DNA from: an uncultured Acidobacteriota bacterium
GTDB taxonomy: Bacteria > Acidobacteriota > Thermoanaerobaculia > Gp7-AA8
Direction of reading: 5' to 3'
Length of the DNA stretch: 64,000 nt
Assembly: GCA_963741955.1 (NCBI GenBank)
Contig: CAVUKB010000005.1
Span: 388,994 to 452,993 of the forward strand
Shown here: positions 58,637-64,000 of the stretch, piece after piece
Layout of the letters: every line of letters begins with the position of its first letter
Position numbering within the stretch: the first letter of the stretch is position 1
Notes under the pieces: model-generated
The model's database searches: none
What the model was told of the DNA's origin: nothing
The model's input: the letters and a program-made list of their open reading frames with translations, nothing else
Program-made: the position numbers and the translations under genes

Positions 58637-59623
58637 ATGGTCCCATCCTTGTTCGGACTTCTGGATTCATTTCCAGCGGTAGAGGTGGTGCGTTTTCTGG
58701 TCGCCCGCGCGATGTCGGGGACGCTCTCCATTGCCTCCGGCGGCGGATTCGAGATCGTGTTCCGTCGCGGCCGCATCGTCGCTGCGTCCTGCCGCGGAGA
58801 GAACGCGGCCTCGGCTGCCGCGGAGATCGCGATTCGCGCGATGCTTCAGTGGACCGGAACGTTCTCGTTCGCAGATTCGATCGGCGATCCCGCCGGCTCC
58901 GTCGATCTCGATCCCGCCCAGTTGATCGCCACGGTGGAGGAACGCATCGATCAGAGCGTCCACTACCCGGCCGGCTCCGTCTTCCTTCTCGCCCGCGACA
59001 TCGAAACGGACGAACGATTCACGGCCGGAGAAGTCCGGGTTCTGCGGGAGCTCGACGGGACGCGTCCGATCGAGGAGGTGATCCGGGAGAGCGGTCTCGC
59101 GAGCGACGAGGCGGCCGCAATCGTTGCATCGATGGTCCGCAGAGGATGGCTGATCTCCCGGCAGGGCTCGAAGATGAAGCTTCCCGCCGCACGACCTTCG
59201 GATTCCCCCGCTCCTGATCGGGCGGGCGTTCCACGTCCCCCCACCGAGGAGATGCCGGCACCTGCGGGATCGGCCGGGCCCGCCGAACCGAGCTCACGGG
59301 CGCCATTTCTCGCCTGTTTCACGCTCGACAATACCGCGAGCACGTCGTTCCCTCTCTTCGACGAGAGCTGCACGATCGGACGGAGCTCCAGGAATACGAT
59401 CCAGCTCGATGACCCGAGCGTCTCCTCTTCGCATGCCCGCATCACGGCCACCGCCGATGGGCATCTCCTCGAGGACCTCGGGTCGAGCAACGGGACGTTC
59501 GTCAACGGCCGGAAGATCAGGACGGCGTCGCTGCGCGACAAGGACCGCATCCGGATGGGCGCGGTCTACATGGTCTACATGATTCCCGAAGTCCATCGAC
59601 CCGAGAGCGAGCCTCGCCCATGA
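58637..59623 (+). CDS. DUF4388 domain plus C-terminal FHA domain protein
   Basis: N-terminus LLDSFPAVEVVRFLVARAMSGTLSIASGGGFEIVFRRGRIVAAS (DUF4388-like). C-terminus CTIGRSSRNTIQLDDPSVSSSHARI...GSSNGTFVNGRKI (FHA). Confidence 0.65.
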   Translation: MVPSLFGLLDSFPAVEVVRFLVARAMSGTLSIASGGGFEIVFRRGRIVAASCRGENAASAAAEIAIRAMLQWTGTFSFADSIGDPAGSVDLDPAQLIATVEERIDQSVHYPAGSVFLLARDIETDERFTAGEVRVLRELDGTRPIEEVIRESGLASDEAAAIVASMVRRGWLISRQGSKMKLPAARPSDSPAPDRAGVPRPPTEEMPAPAGSAGPAEPSSRAPFLACFTLDNTASTSFPLFDESCTIGRSSRNTIQLDDPSVSSSHARITATADGHLLEDLGSSNGTFVNGRKIRTASLRDKDRIRMGAVYMVYMIPEVHRPESEPRP

Positions 59624-62022
59624 CGGAGCTCGATCTCATCATCGTCGGCTCCGGACCCGCAGGATTGAGCGCTGCGTCTCACGCCGCGAGCAACGCTCTT
59701 CGCTACGTGGTCCTCGAGCGAGCTCCACACATCGCCGACACCATCCAGTGCTATCAGGCGCGCAAGTACGTGATGGCCGAGCCGATGGTCATCCCCGGGC
59801 GCGGCGATCTCCCGTTCGAGGCGGGCTCGCGCGAGTCGATCCTCGACGCATGGAGTGTCCACTGTCGCGATCGCACGCTCCACATCGAGTTCGGAAAGGA
59901 AGTTCAGTCGATCGAGCGCGGCTCGTCCGGATTCACGGTCCGCACGAAGGACGGCGGAAGCTGGGCGGCCCCGAACGTGATCCTCGGCGTCGGCACGCAG
60001 GGATCTCTGCGGAAGCCGAACGTCCCGGGCGAAGATCTCCCCCACGTTTTCTATCGACTGGCCGACCCGTCCGATTACAGCGATCAGGATCTCGTCGTGG
60101 TCGGTGCAGGCGATTCCGCGCTCGAGATCGCACTCGCGCTCGCCGACGAGAACCGCGTCAGCCTGGTCGTCCGCTCGTCCGAGATCGTCCGGGCGAAGGA
60201 GAGCCTCACCCGCGAGGCACTGAGTCGCGAAGCGAGCGGACGGATGACGATCTACTTCAGCGCGACTCTGCACAACATCGAGCCGGGATTCACCGATCTC
60301 GACGTTCGCGGAGAGATCGTCCGTGTTCCCGCACAGGCTCTCTTTCTCAAGCTCGGAGCGGTCGCACCACGGAAGTTTTTCGAGTCGTGTGGCATCGAGT
60401 ACAGCGGGAAAGATCGCGACGCCATCCCTCTCCTCTCGGAGCACTACGAGACGAGCGTTCCGGGCCTCTATCTGATCGGCGCGGCAAGCGGACGCGATCT
60501 GATCAAACTCGGGATGAATCAGGGATGGGAAGTCGTCGAGCACATCCTCGGGCACGAGGTCGAACCCGCCGACGAAGCGGTGCTGCGGGAGAGAGTTCCC
60601 TTTCTGGAAGGAACCGTCCACCAGAGGATCGGACAGCTCAGAGAAAAGATTCCGCTATTCGCGGCCGCCGAGGTCGAGCAGATCCGCGAGATGCTGCTCG
60701 CGACGGAGTTGCGGGAGTTCACGAACGGGCAGACCGTCATCCGGCAGAACGATTACACGAACGAGTTCCTGGTGATCGCGAGCGGCCGGGTCGAGGTCCT
60801 GGTCCGGAGCGAGGAAGGCGTGGAGAGCCGGGTCGCCGAGCTGACCGCGGGGAACTTCTTCGGCGAGATGAGTCTCATCTCGGGACGTCGCCGGAGTGCG
60901 ACGGTGAATGTGGTCGGCCCGGCGAAGATCTTCGCCATTCCGCGAAAAGCCATGCTGAAGCTGATCCGCACTTCGCCCGCAGTGCGCGATCTGGTCGATC
61001 GCGCATTCCTGATCCGGGCGATTCAGGGCTACCTCTTCCCGAATGTCTCCACCGCACGGCTGGGAGAACTGGTCGGACGTGCCGAGCTCCTCTCGCTCCC
61101 GAAGGGTCACGCGGTGTTCTACGAGGGCGCCGAAGGAGACGCGTTCTACCTCATCCGGAATGGAATGGTGAAGATCGCCCGCAAGTCGGGTGATCGGGAG
61201 CTCGTTCTCTCCTATCTCGTCGCAGGCAACTTCTTCGGAGAAACGGCACTCCTTTCGAACCAGCCGCGGACTGCGACCGTCACCACGATCTTTCCCTCCG
61301 ACCTGATTCGCCTCAGCCGCGACGATTTCCAGTCGTTCCTCGCGGCCAATCCTCAGTTCCGCGCCGACCCGATGAAGAAGCTCGAGGAGCGACGGATCGG
61401 CGCTCTCGTCGCCGATGCGACACCGGGAGCGGGGAACGTTCTGAGCGATCTGATTCGCGAAGAAGTGGTGATGGGGACGGACACCCTGATCATCGACGAG
61501 CATCTCTGCATCCGCTGCAGCAACTGCGTCCGCGCGTGCGAGGGCGTTCACGATGACGGTCAATCGCGGCTCTCGCTCACCGGCATTCGTCTGTACAACG
61601 TCCTCGCACCGAACTCCTGCTGGCAGTGCGAGAACCCTCTCTGCATGCTCGACTGCCCGCCGGATGCGATCGCGCGCGACCCGCGAGGAGAGGTCTACAT
61701 CCGGAGCAACTGCATCGGATGCGGAAACTGCGAGTCGAATTGTCCCTACGGCAACATCTTCATGATTCACCCCAAACCGAAGTGGGATCCATTCGGCTGG
61801 GTCAAGTCACTCTTCGCCCGCGCTGCGGGAAGATCGGCCGACGGCAACGGCGGCGAGCACGGCATCGAGCGGACTCTCGCCGTGAAGTGCGATCTCTGTC
61901 GCGACCTCGGCAGCGGACCGGCATGCGTGCGGAGCTGTCCCACCGGTGCCGCGCTGCGTCTCACGCCGCAGGAGTATCGCAGCACGCTGGAGGAGATCGT
62001 GATCACCAGAGGAGATCGCTGA
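59620..62022 (+). CDS. Multidomain redox/sensor protein: thioredoxin-reductase-like FAD/NAD(P) oxidoreductase, then two cNMP-binding (CAP effector) domains, then a 4x[4Fe-4S] ferredoxin module
   Basis: IIVGSGPAGLSAA and VVVGAGDSALE (dinucleotide folds). Two GNFFGE(M/T)(S/A)L cNMP-pocket motifs. Four Cys clusters: CIRCSNCVRAC, CWQCENPLCMLDCP, CIGCGNCESNCP, CDLCRD...CVRSCP. ATG overlaps the upstream stop. Confidence 0.75.
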   Translation: MTELDLIIVGSGPAGLSAASHAASNALRYVVLERAPHIADTIQCYQARKYVMAEPMVIPGRGDLPFEAGSRESILDAWSVHCRDRTLHIEFGKEVQSIERGSSGFTVRTKDGGSWAAPNVILGVGTQGSLRKPNVPGEDLPHVFYRLADPSDYSDQDLVVVGAGDSALEIALALADENRVSLVVRSSEIVRAKESLTREALSREASGRMTIYFSATLHNIEPGFTDLDVRGEIVRVPAQALFLKLGAVAPRKFFESCGIEYSGKDRDAIPLLSEHYETSVPGLYLIGAASGRDLIKLGMNQGWEVVEHILGHEVEPADEAVLRERVPFLEGTVHQRIGQLREKIPLFAAAEVEQIREMLLATELREFTNGQTVIRQNDYTNEFLVIASGRVEVLVRSEEGVESRVAELTAGNFFGEMSLISGRRRSATVNVVGPAKIFAIPRKAMLKLIRTSPAVRDLVDRAFLIRAIQGYLFPNVSTARLGELVGRAELLSLPKGHAVFYEGAEGDAFYLIRNGMVKIARKSGDRELVLSYLVAGNFFGETALLSNQPRTATVTTIFPSDLIRLSRDDFQSFLAANPQFRADPMKKLEERRIGALVADATPGAGNVLSDLIREEVVMGTDTLIIDEHLCIRCSNCVRACEGVHDDGQSRLSLTGIRLYNVLAPNSCWQCENPLCMLDCPPDAIARDPRGEVYIRSNCIGCGNCESNCPYGNIFMIHPKPKWDPFGWVKSLFARAAGRSADGNGGEHGIERTLAVKCDLCRDLGSGPACVRSCPTGAALRLTPQEYRSTLEEIVITRGDR

Positions 62023-62023
62023 G

Positions 62024-62863
62024 GTGCCGGTCCGGAGACATGCAGGCCGCTGGCAGCTGATCTCGGCGCTTCTTCTCGCCGCACTGCTCGGCTCATACGT
62101 CTGGTACGAGCAGCGCGAGCCGTTCACCCATGGCGGATCGACGATGGGTCTGATCTACGGAATCGTGGCGCTCGCGCTGATGGGCCTCCTTCTCTGGTTC
62201 GGCATCCGGAAGCGCTCCTACCGAAGCCGCTTCGGCACGCTCGAGGAGTGGCTGCAGTCGCACATCTATCTCGGCCTCTTCACGTTTGCGGTGGTGATCG
62301 CGCACACCGGATTCCAGTTCCGCGATCGGATGGCGATCGCGCTCCTGATCGTGGTCACTCTGGTGATCGCCAGCGGAATCCTCGGCGCGATTCTCTACAA
62401 GACGGTGCCGCGTCTGCTCACCGAGGTCGACTCGAATCTTCCTGCGGACGCGATGTCGGAAGAGATGAACCAGCTGACGCGATCGATGTCGCGGGCCGCA
62501 TCGGGCAAGTCGGCCCCGTTCCAGCGCATTTACAAACGGCTGGTGCAGGAAGCAATCCCTCCTCCTCTCGCGGGATGGCGTCTCCTGCTCCGTTCTTCGA
62601 ACCGACGGAATCCCACCACTCGTCCGGACGACTGGTCGTCATTCCTGGGGATGGTTCCGGAAGACGAACAGGCGGAGCTGCGACAGCTTCTGGTGCTCTC
62701 ACGGCAGCAGAAGGAACTGCAACTGCGCCTGGTTGCACAGCAGAAGTACCGTAACCTGCTCGATTTCTGGCTCTACATGCACCTCCCTCTTTCCATCGCC
62801 ATGATCCTCCTGATCATCGCGCATCTGTGGGGCGTGTTCTATTACGGCAAAATCCAGTTCTGA
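62024..62863 (+). CDS. Hypothetical polytopic membrane protein (about 5 TM)
   Basis: GTG start 1 nt after the upstream stop. Hydrophobic segments. No recognisable family. Confidence 0.5.
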   Translation: MPVRRHAGRWQLISALLLAALLGSYVWYEQREPFTHGGSTMGLIYGIVALALMGLLLWFGIRKRSYRSRFGTLEEWLQSHIYLGLFTFAVVIAHTGFQFRDRMAIALLIVVTLVIASGILGAILYKTVPRLLTEVDSNLPADAMSEEMNQLTRSMSRAASGKSAPFQRIYKRLVQEAIPPPLAGWRLLLRSSNRRNPTTRPDDWSSFLGMVPEDEQAELRQLLVLSRQQKELQLRLVAQQKYRNLLDFWLYMHLPLSIAMILLIIAHLWGVFYYGKIQF

Positions 62864-62872
62864 GGAATCGGC

Positions 62873-64000
62873 GTGTCCTTTCTGCTTCAGAAGATCGACC
62901 GGCCCAGAGTCACTCTGGTCGAGGTGAAGTCGCCCCGATTGACGATCGGGCGAGGCACGGGTGCGGACCTTCGATCCGAAAACGCCGCGGTGGCGCTCGA
63001 GCACGCGGTCGTCGAACTGAGGAAGGATGCCGGATACGAGATCTTCGACCGGGGGAGCATCACCGGGACGTACGTGAACGGGCGTCCCATCGAGAGCCGG
63101 CTCCTCGCGGCAGGCGATCGGATCGAGATCGGCGACCTGGTGATGGACGTCCAGGTTGCGGCGGCGGATCGTCCCCTCTTCCTCCGCGTCGAGAAAACGC
63201 GGGAAGAGAACGAAGCTCCGCTTCAGACCGGCGCGGCGGACGAGCGTCCCGTCTTCCTCACCGGAGCGCGGGTCGGAGCGCCTCGGATTGACTTCTCCCG
63301 CGCCTACGCACTGCGCCAGGGCTTTCTGTCGAAAGGTGGAATGGTCTTCTCCCTGATGGCCCTCACGGCGATTCTCGTTGCGGCGGCGATCATCGGTGCG
63401 AAGGGCCTCGCCTACCAGCCCGGGCCGATCTCCGTCGCGCACGCGACGGCGACCCGACCCGATGGCGAGCGCGTCATCGGCGAACACGAGTGCAACGCGT
63501 GTCACGTTCCCTTCGGAGGAGCGAGCAACCACAAGTGCGGCGAGTGCCACGAGCAGTCGTTCCACCAGGCGAGAGAAGCGAAGGTCGGCCCGTGCATCGA
63601 CTGTCACGCAGAGCATCGCGACGTCCCGAATCTCGCGATGGTCCAGGCACAGCAGTGCGTTCGATGTCATCGGAATCTCGAGGGGAGCTCCATCACCGCG
63701 AAACGAACCATCACCGCGTTCGAGACCGACCATCCCGAATTCACGATCCGGCTGGCGAGCGGAAAGAACGAGGCGGTCAACACCGCGACGGCTCGTACCG
63801 CGGATGCGATTCCACTGAAGTTCAACCACCAGTGCCACCTTCAGGGAAAGTGCAATCTCACTCCGCCCACTGCGAGCGACCCGAGACGGGAGAAGGTCGA
63901 GCTTCACTGTGTCTCCTGCCACACTTTCGATCCGCAGACCGGAGCGGCCCAGCCGGTCCGGTACGAGACCGCATGCTCGAAATGTCATCCGCTCACGTTC
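62873..64000 (+). CDS. FHA domain, single TM helix, then a multihaem c-type cytochrome (at least 6 CxxCH); 3' end lies beyond the window
   Basis: GTG start. Open through the window end, so it is absent from the ORF track. FHA: LTIGRGTGADLRSENAAVALEHAVVEL...GSITGTYVNGRPI. TM: MVFSLMALTAILVAAAIIGA. Haem motifs: CNACH, CGECH, CIDCH, CVRCH, CVSCH, CSKCH. Confidence 0.7.
   Translation, partial: MSFLLQKIDRPRVTLVEVKSPRLTIGRGTGADLRSENAAVALEHAVVELRKDAGYEIFDRGSITGTYVNGRPIESRLLAAGDRIEIGDLVMDVQVAAADRPLFLRVEKTREENEAPLQTGAADERPVFLTGARVGAPRIDFSRAYALRQGFLSKGGMVFSLMALTAILVAAAIIGAKGLAYQPGPISVAHATATRPDGERVIGEHECNACHVPFGGASNHKCGECHEQSFHQAREAKVGPCIDCHAEHRDVPNLAMVQAQQCVRCHRNLEGSSITAKRTITAFETDHPEFTIRLASGKNEAVNTATARTADAIPLKFNHQCHLQGKCNLTPPTASDPRREKVELHCVSCHTFDPQTGAAQPVRYETACSKCHPLTF

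Noticed and set aside
1-64000. tRNA, rRNA, tmRNA or RNase P genes
   Set aside because: I scanned intergenic regions for T-loop-like GTTCGAATC/GGTTCGANTCC motifs and rRNA signatures and found none. No RNA genes called. This is a visual scan, not an Infernal/tRNAscan run.

Overview
This is a high-GC (about 68-70%) bacterial chromosomal segment with compact operons. It looks like an Acidobacteria- or Deltaproteobacteria-like soil organism; that placement is my impression, not a database result.

I found no rRNA, tRNA or CRISPR.

Recognisable housekeeping genes (all coordinates approximate at starts):
- prfB (release factor 2) with its canonical programmed +1 frameshift, overlapped by lnt.
- A pdhA-pdhB-E2 operon, plus a separate fused E1 alpha/beta 2-oxoacid dehydrogenase.
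- yebC-ruvC, der, a UvrD-like helicase, a 5'-3' exonuclease, and class I fumarase alpha/beta.
- A polyprenyl-phosphate mannose-type locus: a DolK-like kinase fused to DUF92, a GT2-methyltransferase fusion, and a GDP-mannose pyrophosphorylase.
- A c-di-GMP pair (an HD-GYP phosphodiesterase convergent with a PAS-GGDEF-EAL protein).
- A 7-gene Mrp/Mbh-type antiporter membrane module (mrpEFG, a DUF4040 protein, mrpB, mrpC, mrpD) with no hydrogenase genes downstream.
- Secreted hydrolases: an S1 protease, an S10 carboxypeptidase, an amidohydrolase and a Tat-sulfatase.

The window is unusually rich in intergenic repeats:
- Octamer simple repeats ((GATCGAGG)n and (GTCGGACCT)n) at several gene 3' ends.
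- A 3 x 73-bp double-hairpin array between the two convergent c-di-GMP genes.
- A 4 x ~267-bp tandem array after mrpD.
- A ~190-bp tandem array interrupted by an intact 1.8-kb IS4-like insertion sequence with clean 14-bp inverted repeats.
- A 35-bp MITE-like family forming a ~400-bp structured island.

The most unusual candidate system is a four-gene plus-strand operon at 58.6-64 kb:
- a DUF4388-FHA protein;
- a thioredoxin-reductase-like flavoprotein fused to two cNMP-binding domains and a 4x[4Fe-4S] ferredoxin module;
- a polytopic membrane protein;
- a protein with a cytoplasmic FHA domain, one transmembrane helix and a periplasmic multihaem (at least 6 CxxCH) cytochrome c, which runs off the window end.

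This looks like a transmembrane redox / phospho-threonine / cyclic-nucleotide signalling module.
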